64,000 nucleotides of DNA from an uncultured Streptococcus sp. (lineage in GTDB: Bacteria; Bacillota; Bacilli; Lactobacillales; Streptococcaceae): the NCBI GenBank assembly GCA_963527735.1, contig CAURTM010000001.1, positions 11,815-75,814 on the forward strand, given 5' to 3'. The notes under the pieces are model-generated. The model had not been told where the DNA came from. It ran no database searches and saw only the letters and a program-made list of their open reading frames with translations. The position numbers were made by a program, and so were the translations under genes. This document shows positions 28,099-36,401 of this stretch, piece after piece. How positions within the stretch are numbered: the stretch's first letter is position 1; the number at the start of each line of letters is the position of its first letter.

Positions 28099-28344
28099 CT
28101 AAAAGATTACTACCCATTTTTCGGTAATATGATGGGTTCTTGCATATTCTTTCACAGCCATTTCTTCGGCTTGGGTGCGACTATATGCCAAAACATGATA
28201 GAAAGCCTGTGTCTGTCTATTAATGCCCAAATTGCACCTAATCTCATAGAATTTCAACTCTTTATTACTAGACCAAAAGTGTGGTGCTCGCTTGCCTAGC
28301 TTGTATGTTTCTCTATCGACTCTCATAATTTTGGGATCAGTCAT
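28099..28344 (-). CDS. Hypothetical phage protein
   Basis: ATG 28344 overlapping upstream stop, GGAGGTG RBS. Confidence 0.6.
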   Translation of the reverse strand: MTDPKIMRVDRETYKLGKRAPHFWSSNKELKFYEIRCNLGINRQTQAFYHVLAYSRTQAEEMAVKEYARTHHITEKWVVIF

Positions 28345-29156
28345 CAAATCACCTCCACACGCTGGGTCAACGCTTTCGATTTGCAATATTCGCAATGGCG
28401 GCACGGCTTCGCCTTCTCTTCGCCTCGCTTGACCTTGTCAAGGCGCTGGATAAGCATGGACAGCTTGGTCAACTCATAATCGAGTATTTCCTGCGACTCA
28501 AAAGCAATCGCTCTGGTATCAGGGTACGGCTCTTTTGTCACTGCGTAGATGATAGGGAGGAACTCTTTGCCATATTCTTCTTCCAACATCTTCTTGTAAG
28601 CTGCCATTTGAAGAATATATCCCCAAGCTTCAAACCAGCGGACTTGAATATTTCGCCCACTTGCTTCATCCTGAACCCAGACCTCGCTATCAATATCTGA
28701 TTTTGTGGTCTTGATATCCACGAAGTAGCCCTTTTCGACATTGAGACAGTCAATCTTGCCTTTAAATTCCACTCCTTCGATTTCGCCTGTGACAGCAACT
28801 TCTTTTTGGCCGATATAGTAGTCCATGAATTGCTTGTCAGCTTCCAATCGCTCAATCATGCGCTGGCCAACCAGAAAGTCAGCTTTTAACTGACCTTTGG
28901 TTTTCCCAGCTTTCGAAATCATGGCATCTGCATTTTCATCCATAAACTTCTTATGTGCTTCTGGACTTTCAAAATAGCTGTGAACCATGTTACCAACCAA
29001 AAGAGCTGTGTTATCTCGTTGGTCTTCCCATTCTCCTTCCAGCTCTGCTAGCGCTCGCGCTTCACACTCTCTAAATCGCTTATATTGCGAGATAGACCAG
29101 TAGCGACGTGCGGAAGCTGCTGAGTAGTAATCTTTTCCAAGTAAATCCATTGTCAT
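28344..29156 (-). CDS. PD-(D/E)XK exonuclease-like protein (RecT partner)
   Basis: SISQYKRF, FKGKIDCL...VDIKT, YILQMAAY, PCRHCEYC. Confidence 0.85.
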   Translation of the reverse strand: MTMDLLGKDYYSAASARRYWSISQYKRFRECEARALAELEGEWEDQRDNTALLVGNMVHSYFESPEAHKKFMDENADAMISKAGKTKGQLKADFLVGQRMIERLEADKQFMDYYIGQKEVAVTGEIEGVEFKGKIDCLNVEKGYFVDIKTTKSDIDSEVWVQDEASGRNIQVRWFEAWGYILQMAAYKKMLEEEYGKEFLPIIYAVTKEPYPDTRAIAFESQEILDYELTKLSMLIQRLDKVKRGEEKAKPCRHCEYCKSKALTQRVEVI

Positions 29157-30334
29157 TTCATCTCCACCTTTACTGATTTTGTTCGTGGCTCAAATTGAAC
29201 ACCGTGAGCATTGAGCCATTCTTTGAATTGCTCCTTTGTTTCCTTTGCATTTTCTGCCGGGAAAATTAAATCTACAGTAAATTTGTAACCATATTTTTTA
29301 ACCCCCTCCTCAGAAGCCATATTTTGCGATTTTCGGCCTGTTTCTTGCTCTAGGGTATGATTGCCCCCTGAACTGCTTTCTGACCCAAATTCAGGCTGAT
29401 TTTGGGCATAGAATTGACCCTGAGTATCTTGTTCCGCTTCTGCTTTAGTCCGTCTAAGCTCATCTGCGTCTGCATGTAAGATATCAATAGTATCCAAAGC
29501 AGAGCGACCCTCTCTTAGCAAATCAACGTACTTTTCAGGGTTCAAACCTTTAGCCACCGCGATAGCAGTCATTTCATCTATACGCTTTTTCAACTCATCT
29601 TCTGCTTTAGCTCGTTCAGCTAATGCCTTATCATCAAGAATTGCTTGCAAAACATCAGCAAGTTTCGCTCCCTTGTCATAACTGCGAATGTAGACAGTAG
29701 GTCCGAGACCAGCTTTAGCTGCTGCTTCTGTAATCTGGATAAGTCCAGCTTCACGTTGTTGCTTCTTAGCGGCTTCTTCTGCAACCAATCCGACAATCAT
29801 CTTAGAAGTAGCTTGATTGATTCGCACATTGTCGGCCATAAAACACTTCTTCTTGCTGAAATCGTCAAAGTAAATAGCAAATAATTTGATGTCAAGTTCT
29901 GTGCCACTTTCTGCGATTGCAGATTCAAAAGCTTCTCTGACCGTTTCCTTTCGGGCTTCTGTTTCTCTCTCCTCAAACTCCCTGATTTGATTTTTAATGT
30001 CTGTCTGCAAAGTTTTGATAGGGTCTAATATGCTTTCAACCCAAGCCTTTGCTTCATCAAGAGGTTTAGAGTATTCTGAAAGCTGGTTTTTAAGTTCTTG
30101 TTCAATCTGACGCTGTACTCGTCCCAACTCGTCTTTGACTTTAATGTCATCTGATAAAGTTTCTTCTGTAACGATATAGCCAGTGTATTTCTTTTTGTAA
30201 GACTCTAAAGCTTGCTCCAAAACTTCTTTACCTTGGATTTCGATTTCAGCGGCTTTTAGAGTAAAACCAATCTCTAGATCTGTTACCGGAACAAGTTCTA
30301 AGCTATCCGTCACATCTTTTAATTCTTCAGTCAT
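29153..30334 (-). CDS. DUF1351-like coiled-coil protein
   Basis: Helical, located between recT and the nuclease. Confidence 0.7.
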   Translation of the reverse strand: MTEELKDVTDSLELVPVTDLEIGFTLKAAEIEIQGKEVLEQALESYKKKYTGYIVTEETLSDDIKVKDELGRVQRQIEQELKNQLSEYSKPLDEAKAWVESILDPIKTLQTDIKNQIREFEERETEARKETVREAFESAIAESGTELDIKLFAIYFDDFSKKKCFMADNVRINQATSKMIVGLVAEEAAKKQQREAGLIQITEAAAKAGLGPTVYIRSYDKGAKLADVLQAILDDKALAERAKAEDELKKRIDEMTAIAVAKGLNPEKYVDLLREGRSALDTIDILHADADELRRTKAEAEQDTQGQFYAQNQPEFGSESSSGGNHTLEQETGRKSQNMASEEGVKKYGYKFTVDLIFPAENAKETKEQFKEWLNAHGVQFEPRTKSVKVEMK

Positions 30335-30335
30335 T

Positions 30336-31172
30336 TTAGAAATCCTCCCCTTCTAGCATGTCCATTTGACCATTTTCTAACTCTTGGTCAATTACTCCGC
30401 CTGTTTCTTGGTCATGGTTGGGAATTTCTTCTACAGGCGCTCCAAGAATACCGTCCAAAGTTTCAGCAACTGGTTCTTGAGTAACGTCTTTGATTTCATT
30501 CTTGTTTGAAACTGTGCTATCTTCGTTATCTGCCACAATAGCATCCTGCAATTCAGTAGAAAGTGGTGCATAAGTTGAAAGCATGTGCTTTAATACCGTT
30601 TTACGAGCCATAGCGTCAAAATCAGACTGCCATGGGCTATATTTACTAGAGAATGACTGACTGTACTTCTTGCCGTGCGCTTGGACACGTTCCTTAGTCC
30701 AAAAGACTGTCTTTTCAAAACCATTGGCCAATCGCATGAAAGCAAAGTAACCTACCACTTTTTCGTTTTCTTTTGGAATAGCAGTCATGTCTACTTCAAG
30801 ATCCTCAGTCAAAGGGTTAAACCCTTTATACTGACTTTCATAGACCTCTCCAGCATTTAAACGTGTCACTTGTCCGCTTCGTTGTGCAAGCTGAATCAAA
30901 CCCTTATATCCCACTTGGAACTGCGCTTGGGTCTTGTAAGGTACGATATACGCATATCCAAGGCTAGGCTCGATTGGCAAGTTAAGGACTGCAGCCTTCA
31001 TAGCAGCGGTCATGATGCTTTCATTGGTAGCTTTAGCTAGTAGGTTATTGTTCATTACGATACTAAGCAAACTGGCCACAAATTGCTGACCGTTACCGTT
31101 TACCACTTCAGAAAATTTCTGTTTTACAGCTGGTGAGTTAAAAAATTGTTTATGTGTTAGTTCGTTTGTCAT
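30336..31172 (-). CDS. recT: RecT-family recombinase
   Basis: LGYAYIVPY, AQFQVGYKGLIQLAQRSG, PWQSDFDAMARKTV. Confidence 0.92.
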   Translation of the reverse strand: MTNELTHKQFFNSPAVKQKFSEVVNGNGQQFVASLLSIVMNNNLLAKATNESIMTAAMKAAVLNLPIEPSLGYAYIVPYKTQAQFQVGYKGLIQLAQRSGQVTRLNAGEVYESQYKGFNPLTEDLEVDMTAIPKENEKVVGYFAFMRLANGFEKTVFWTKERVQAHGKKYSQSFSSKYSPWQSDFDAMARKTVLKHMLSTYAPLSTELQDAIVADNEDSTVSNKNEIKDVTQEPVAETLDGILGAPVEEIPNHDQETGGVIDQELENGQMDMLEGEDF

Positions 31173-31190
31173 TTCCTTCTCCTTTTTCTT

Positions 31191-31376
31191 TTAGTAATTA
31201 AACATTGTCCCACAGTAACCAGCATCTTCTAATGCTAATTTTCGAAAATAATGTAACATGTCGTTAATACTCATTTTTCTAACCATTTTCTCGGTTAGAT
31301 ACTCGCCGTCAGTTTCTGCTTTCCTTTCCTCTCTAAGCTCTTGTTTCCATTTTTTGTAATATAATCGTTTCTTCAT
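31191..31376 (-). CDS. Hypothetical phage protein
   Basis: ORF in operon. Confidence 0.55.
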   Translation of the reverse strand: MKKRLYYKKWKQELREERKAETDGEYLTEKMVRKMSINDMLHYFRKLALEDAGYCGTMFNY

Positions 31377-31657
31377 TTTCTTCTTCCTTTCGTCTTCTTA
31401 AGGTTCCAATTCTCACGTTTTATACGTCTATTTTCGTTTTGTAATTTCAAAATAATATTTTGTTGGTTGTTGATGATTTCTCCGAGCTCAATTCCAAGAT
31501 GCATATACTCAGCTCGCCAGTTGTCGATTTCTGCAAGTAGTTCTTCAATCATATTTCATCACCCACGTATCGACGTCTACCGCATCCGATATCCACATAC
31601 TCGCTTGGGTCAAGTTTCTCTTGCTCCTCAGGCGGTTGCATCATATCTCTGTCATAA

Positions 31658-31801
31658 TCAAACATGCGCATACACCTTTCCAAGTTCCAGAACTCGTTTC
31701 ACATATCTAGCCTTTGACGTTAGCCCAAGATCCAGTAATTCGTTTTTTTCTTCATGATTGGCCAAAAGCCACACACGGTTTTCAAGTTCAATTCTAGTCA
31801 T
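31658..31801 (-). CDS. Small 47-aa phage protein (not in ORF track)
   Basis: Manual translation MTRIELENRVWLLANHEEKNELLDLGLTSKARYVKRVLELGKVYAHV; AAAGGAG RBS. Confidence 0.6.
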   Translation of the reverse strand: MTRIELENRVWLLANHEEKNELLDLGLTSKARYVKRVLELGKVYAHV

Positions 31802-31817
31802 CAGCGTCTCCTTTGCT

Positions 31818-32165
31818 CTATCCCAAATACTTTGCATAACGTGCTCTTCGTGGTTCTGGCAAAGCTAACGGCTCAGGACGCAATCCTACAGGCGGTTCGT
31901 TGTCGTATGTGAAGCCTTTGAACTCCCGACGGATATTCTTGCGGATTTCTTGGCGCTGTGCCTCTCTGCCACGTTCGTATGCTTGGTTGTAGCCTTGGAT
32001 AATCATAGACGCAAATTCTTGCTCTTCTCGTCTCTCTTCTTCCTTCTGGCGGATTTTCTCCTCTTCCTGCTTATCCATCTGACGAGCTAGAATCCCAGCT
32101 CCGATAAATCCCAAAATCACTGCGCCAGTTCCTAAAAGCTGGCTAACTAATGGTGGTTCAAACAT
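31818..32165 (-). CDS. Membrane-anchored coiled-coil phage protein
   Basis: ATG 32165 behind AGGAG; N-terminal TM. Confidence 0.7.
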   Translation of the reverse strand: MFEPPLVSQLLGTGAVILGFIGAGILARQMDKQEEEKIRQKEEERREEQEFASMIIQGYNQAYERGREAQRQEIRKNIRREFKGFTYDNEPPVGLRPEPLALPEPRRARYAKYLG

Positions 32166-32175
32166 TTTTTCTCTC

Positions 32176-32487
32176 CTATACTCCGAATTGTTTTTCTTTC
32201 TTGATATTCTCAAGCATTTCTGATAACGTTTCTTTCTTTGTACGATAGCGATTACGACTTTTCCATTTGACGAACATGCGAAATCCTTCGTAATCAATAA
32301 ATACAATCTTATGAGTTGGGTTATCGATGAACTGCTTGAAGTCTGGATGTTCTCGCATTTCACCCGCCCAGACTTTTGCAGTCCCTGGAGTCAACCCTTC
32401 CCACCTCTGACAAAGATGTTTGTAATCGCCATGCGTAGCTTTTTCGTCCACATCAACTGGCTTATAAGTAATTTCTGTTTTCGGCAT
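32176..32487 (-). CDS. Putative excisionase / DNA-binding protein
   Basis: EMREHPDFKQFIDNPTHKIVFIDYEGF motif typical of streptococcal phage xis-like proteins. Confidence 0.65.
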   Translation of the reverse strand: MPKTEITYKPVDVDEKATHGDYKHLCQRWEGLTPGTAKVWAGEMREHPDFKQFIDNPTHKIVFIDYEGFRMFVKWKSRNRYRTKKETLSEMLENIKKEKQFGV

Positions 32488-32566
32488 GCAATTTCCTCTC
32501 TTTCGTGTTATAATCATGTTGAATATTTAAGTATGCGCCTGATTGCCGTCAGGTGCTTTTTTTGTT

Positions 32567-32755
32567 TTATCTTAGTTCATCTGTGCTGATTTCTAACGCG
32601 TCAGCGATTTTCTTAACTGTGTCAAAATATAAATCTTTTACCACTCCATCCCTTAAACGATAGATCCCAGCTGTACCAACACCAGCTTTTAAACAAAGTT
32701 TATAAACTGTCCAATTTTTCTCTGAAAGTTTTTCAGATATTTTTTCCCAGAGCAT
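32567..32755 (-). CDS. Small XRE-family HTH regulator
   Basis: KIADALEISTDELR HTH end; ATG 32755 with AAGGAG. Confidence 0.85.
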   Translation of the reverse strand: MLWEKISEKLSEKNWTVYKLCLKAGVGTAGIYRLRDGVVKDLYFDTVKKIADALEISTDELR

Positions 32756-32901
32756 AGCCGTTTTCTCCTTATCTGACTTTATTTTTATAGTTTTTATTTC
32801 TTTGTATGTCTTTTTACAACATATTGTGCCTTTTGTGACCTTATCTTTCAAAAAAACACCATATGTTGACAATCATTGTTTTTTATCATACAATGAAAGT
32901 G

Positions 32902-32948
32902 TGACTAAGACCTCTCACCGTTTTAGTCAAAATTCCAATAGAAAGGAG
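32902..32948 (+). repeat. 47-bp leader (hairpin + RBS), copy 1
   Basis: TGACTAAGACCTCTCACCGTTTTAGTCAAAATTCCAATAGAAAGGAG identical to 34472-34518. Confidence 0.95.
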
Positions 32949-32956
32949 ATTTAAGC

Positions 32957-33181
32957 ATGGGCAAAAATCAGCATGTTGTCCCTGCCAAAAATGGTGGTTG
33001 GAACGTGAAAGGTGCTGGCAATTCAAGAGCAACTGTTCACACTACTACAAAGAGTGAAGCTACAAATATTGCTAGACAGATTTCACGAAATCAAGGTTCC
33101 GAACTTATCATTCATGGCAAAGATGGGAAAATTCAAAGCCGTGACAGCCACGGTAAAGATCCATTCCCACCTAAAGGCTAG
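32957..33181 (+). CDS. DUF2188 family protein (moron)
   Basis: QHVVP...GGWNVKGAG...ELIIHGKDGKIQSRDSHGKDPFPPKG. Confidence 0.88.
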   Translation: MGKNQHVVPAKNGGWNVKGAGNSRATVHTTTKSEATNIARQISRNQGSELIIHGKDGKIQSRDSHGKDPFPPKG

Positions 33182-33360
33182 TCATAATTTGGTCTTAGCC
33201 TTACAACATATCCTGTAGCAGTGGTTACATCATCTAGTGTGACTTCTGCTATTTTTTTCACTCCATCCTCTGTTTCAACAATTAGCCGTGTATAAAAGCG
33301 ACTATCTAAAATGTTCATCAGATTTGGTTTGAAACTATACGGATATCGTCTTGGTCTCAT
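33178..33360 (-). CDS. Small phage protein (MRPRRYPYS type)
   Basis: AAAGGAG RBS, N-terminus common in streptococcal phages. Confidence 0.65.
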   Translation of the reverse strand: MRPRRYPYSFKPNLMNILDSRFYTRLIVETEDGVKKIAEVTLDDVTTATGYVVRLRPNYD

Positions 33361-33475
33361 TTCCTTCTCCTTTGTATTTATTTTTTCTACCCTCTCTTTT
33401 ATTTATTAAGAGAAGTAGAACTTGTTGTCTTTTAATATTTATTGTTAGTTAATACTTGTTGTTAGTTAATATTTA

Positions 33476-33953
33476 TTAGTGCCCAAAATCCGACATTTCA
33501 CTTTCTGACATTTCACTTTCTGACATTTCACTTTCTGACATTTCACTTTTTGGAAAGTCAGAATTAGAATGTGTAGATAACTTTGCAATAGATAAATTCA
33601 ATCTCTGTTTCATAATATCGAATTGGAAATCAGATATTTTTACATCTGAAAAGAATCTGAATATATGACTCCCTCCATTTCCAGGAGGTTTTTTTCTGAT
33701 TTTTCGCAAATATCCAGCCTCTTCAAAGATTTTGAAATACTTATCAATTGTCTTCCGGTTAACACCTTTTCGCTTGGCTATCTCCTCTGGATAGACTTGC
33801 CAGTTTGGGTGATTAGCCAGCACCACCATCATGATGCCAACAGCTGTAAAATCCATCGCAGGATCATTGATGAAACTATTACTAACAGCTGTGTAGTCAT
33901 TAGTTGGATTTCTGAAAGATGAACTGGCAATCCAAATCTTTAAAGTATGTCAT
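33476..33953 (-). pseudogene. Replication initiator-like HTH protein, frame-disrupted at 5' end and ending just after iterons
   Basis: NDYTAVSNSFINDP and EEAGYL motifs; RBS-backed ATG 33953 is out of frame with the main ORF. Confidence 0.6.
33492..33549. repeat. 15-bp tandem repeats (3.9 copies), probable replication-origin iterons
   Basis: GACATTTCACTTTCT x3 plus a partial copy, next to AT-rich tract 33365-33480. Confidence 0.8.
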
Positions 33954-33993
33954 ACTCTCTCCTTTCTTTTGTTTAATTCGTTAAACATTTTCT

Positions 33994-34182
33994 TTAAAAA
34001 AAATCTTTCACTTGCTTATTAAAAACTACTGCTAATTTTTGAAGTGTTCGAATTTTAACTGTTGACGATTGACCTGATTCAATCAAGTGTATTGTTGTTC
34101 GAGAAACATTTGACTTCTCTGCAAGTTCCTCTTGAGACATTTTCTCTTTTTCACGCCATTTTCTTAAACGTTCTCCTTGCAC
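33994..34182 (-). CDS. Cro-like XRE HTH protein
   Basis: MSQEELAEKSNVSRTTIHLIESG. Confidence 0.85.
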   Translation of the reverse strand: MQGERLRKWREKEKMSQEELAEKSNVSRTTIHLIESGQSSTVKIRTLQKLAVVFNKQVKDFF

Positions 34183-34194
34183 GCACTCACCCCC

Positions 34195-34380
34195 TTATCT
34201 TAATTCATCTATGCTGATCTCCAACGCATCAGCAATTTTGCATATATTAGGCCATGAAAGGTATTTTACCTTTCCGCTTTTCAGGTCAGAAAAGAAGCTT
34301 CGATTAACGTCAGCCATCTTAGATAATTGATGTCCATTCAAATTTCTTTCCTGCATTATTCTACTTAATTGTTCCCACAT
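34195..34380 (-). CDS. Small XRE-family HTH regulator (paralogue of 32567-32755)
   Basis: KIADALEISIDELR end; ATG 34380 with GGAGGTG. Confidence 0.85.
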   Translation of the reverse strand: MWEQLSRIMQERNLNGHQLSKMADVNRSFFSDLKSGKVKYLSWPNICKIADALEISIDELR

Positions 34381-34471
34381 GTCACACCTCCAAAACACTA
34401 TATGTTGTTTAACACATATATATGATTAACAACATGTTGTGCTTTTCTGCTATCTATGTTATAATCATTCT

Positions 34472-34518
34472 TGACTAAGACCTCTCACCGTTTTAGTCAA
34501 AATTCCAATAGAAAGGAG
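34472..34518 (+). repeat. 47-bp leader (hairpin + RBS), copy 2
   Basis: Identical to 32902-32948. Confidence 0.95.
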
Positions 34519-34526
34519 GTAATGTT

Positions 34527-34739
34527 ATGACTCATTATTGGTATAACGATCGCGTTGATACTAACAATAATCACGAAGTACATAAACTTTCTTGTAAGTA
34601 TCTACCTGATACAATTCATTCCACGTATCTAGGAAAATTCGACTACAATTTTCAAGCTATGGAATATGCTAGGCGAACCGAACCCTACAAGCAGTTTGAC
34701 GGTTGCTACTTTTGCATGCCGACCGAACATAACGGCTAA
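34527..34739 (+). CDS. Small His/Cys-rich, probably Zn-binding protein (moron)
   Basis: HEVHKLSC...DGCYFC; AAGGAGG RBS. Confidence 0.8.
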   Translation: MTHYWYNDRVDTNNNHEVHKLSCKYLPDTIHSTYLGKFDYNFQAMEYARRTEPYKQFDGCYFCMPTEHNG

Positions 34740-34990
34740 TTTGACTGAATTGCTTCCTGCAACTCTTTTTTATGCTCTCGATTGCTAGCAATTGTTGAAC
34801 GATACTCTTGAATAAAATGGTACTTCATTGTCTCAATAAAGAACTTCCGTTCATCAATCAACATTTTCCTCAAAAATTCGCATTCTTTTCTTAGTGCAAT
34901 CAATTCTTGTATTCCTTCTGCTGCTGTTTGAGTTACTTCTGCTAATTTTTCCATACCAGAAATATCAACATTAACATGCGGCTGTTCCAT
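34736..34990 (-). CDS. Hypothetical coiled-coil phage protein
   Basis: ATG 34990 behind AAGGGGG. Confidence 0.6.
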   Translation of the reverse strand: MEQPHVNVDISGMEKLAEVTQTAAEGIQELIALRKECEFLRKMLIDERKFFIETMKYHFIQEYRSTIASNREHKKELQEAIQSN

Positions 34991-35198
34991 TATCGTTCCC
35001 CCTTGTTTTACTTTCCAGTGCCCTGAGTTCAATCTCATGGCTGACTTGTCTAAATAGCTTCTCACACGCTATCTTAGCTTCTCTGTACGTTGTGTTCTCG
35101 CTGATGAAGTAATCAGCAAGTTAGATGATTTTATCTTACAATTCTAACTACCTTTCAAATGTGGTATAATCAAAATAAAATGATTGGAGAAATCTTAT

Positions 35199-35864
35199 AT
35201 GCGTATCAAAGTTGACACAGACCTTTATAACGAGGAAGAGGTATTTATAGATGACTTCTGTCCAAATTGTTCTAAACCTACCAATCCTCAAGTAGTTTCC
35301 CAAGGATATAATGAAAACCAGCTAAATGTAAATAGCATTTATGTAACGCTCCGTTGTTTAGGATGTTATCATTATTGGGTTGAAGAATTTGTTAGTCCTA
35401 TTAACGGTCTTATAACGCACATAAAGACGAAGCCTCAGCTGCCTAGCGACATACCTATCTCCAAGGATCTTGAATTGATTTCGCCAGTCGGCAAGGAAAT
35501 CTACGTTCAATCTCTAAAAGCGGAACAAGAACATCTTGACCTTATTGCAGGTATCGGTTACCGTAAAGCTTTAGAGTTTTTCGTCAAAGATTTTTCAATT
35601 CTTACAAAACCTGATGAAAAAGAGAAAATAACAAATATGCTTTTAAAGCAAGTTATCGAAGACTATATCGAAGATGAAGATCTTAAAACTTTTGCCTTAG
35701 CTTCTACCTACATCGGAAACGACGAAGGACATTACTATCGTAAAAATCCAGACAAGAATCTCGCCGACTTGAAAAAGTATATTCATGGTGTTATCTACTA
35801 CCTTGAAAAAAGACTCATATTTCTTGATGCTCAGGAACTTGTGAATCGTTCAAAGAAATCTTAG
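35199..35864 (+). CDS. DUF4145-like (HEPN-related) protein with N-terminal Zn finger (moron)
   Basis: CPNC...CLGC, GYRKALEFFVKD, IGNDEGHY; extended -10 TGGTATAAT at 35162-35170. Confidence 0.75.
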   Translation: MRIKVDTDLYNEEEVFIDDFCPNCSKPTNPQVVSQGYNENQLNVNSIYVTLRCLGCYHYWVEEFVSPINGLITHIKTKPQLPSDIPISKDLELISPVGKEIYVQSLKAEQEHLDLIAGIGYRKALEFFVKDFSILTKPDEKEKITNMLLKQVIEDYIEDEDLKTFALASTYIGNDEGHYYRKNPDKNLADLKKYIHGVIYYLEKRLIFLDAQELVNRSKKS

Positions 35865-35946
35865 AGTCAATCTCATCCACTTTCTCAGCAATATATGTCA
35901 CGGTCCTCAATATCTCATTGAGGGCTGTTCTTTCTAGTTCGTTCAT
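35815..35946 (-). CDS. Small 43-aa phage protein (not in ORF track)
   Basis: Manual translation MNELERTALNEILRTVTYIAEKVDEIDSKISLNDSQVPEHQEI; AAGGAG RBS. Confidence 0.55.
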   Translation of the reverse strand: MNELERTALNEILRTVTYIAEKVDEIDSKISLNDSQVPEHQEI

Positions 35947-35950
35947 TCCC

Positions 35951-36055
35951 CTACTCCTTATCTTTTTTATCACATCGGTATTCCACTATCTTACGAATAG
36001 TGAAAGATACAATCACAAATCCTGCTAGGATTATCAATCCAACATTTTCATCCAT
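35951..36055 (-). CDS. 34-aa single-TM peptide (not in ORF track)
   Basis: MDENVGLIILAGFVIVSFTIRKIVEYRCDKKDKE; weak RBS. Confidence 0.45.
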   Translation of the reverse strand: MDENVGLIILAGFVIVSFTIRKIVEYRCDKKDKE

Positions 36056-36116
36056 TGCTTTTCACGGCAAATGATGGTACACTATCATGTAGAGGTTGGG
36101 GCTTCCGCCCCTTTCT

Positions 36117-36260
36117 CTACTTTTTCTTAAGCTCTTTGTCTTTGAGCTTGTAAGCTAAGTACTGCTTATGCCAAAGACGAGCTTCTCTGACTAAGCCTAG
36201 TACCAAGATGACGGTTGCAGTGTCCTTGGTTGCTAGGCTTTTTATGATGTGTTCCATCAT
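36117..36260 (-). CDS. 47-aa hydrophobic/basic peptide, first gene of lytic operon (not in ORF track)
   Basis: MMEHIIKSLATKDTATVILVLGLVREARLWHKQYLAYKLKDKELKKK; AAGGAGGT RBS. Confidence 0.65.
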   Translation of the reverse strand: MMEHIIKSLATKDTATVILVLGLVREARLWHKQYLAYKLKDKELKKK

Positions 36261-36293
36261 TTACCTTACCTCCTTTTCCTTAAGCTTGATTAT

Positions 36294-36369
36294 AGTTTAA
36301 CACGTTAAACATAAAATGTCAAGTGTGTTAAACAAAAAAATTTACTTTTTTTATTTAAAGATGTATAAT
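36294..36369. promoter_or_regulatory. Divergent lysis/lysogeny switch promoters with palindromic operator
   Basis: Minus: TTGACA-17-TAAACT; plus: TTTACT-17-TATAAT; operator GTTTAACACGTTAAAC 36295-36310, related copy GTTTAATTCGTTAAAC 33971-33986. Confidence 0.7.
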
Positions 36370-36401
36370 AGATTAAACAATATATAGAAAGGGGTTTTTA
36401 A

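Noticed and set aside
325..31757. Numerous plus-strand ORFs in the track overlapping phage genes (e.g. 684-968, 7837-8313, 28395-28700)
   Set aside because: Antisense shadows of well-supported minus-strand genes, with no RBS or recognisable motifs.
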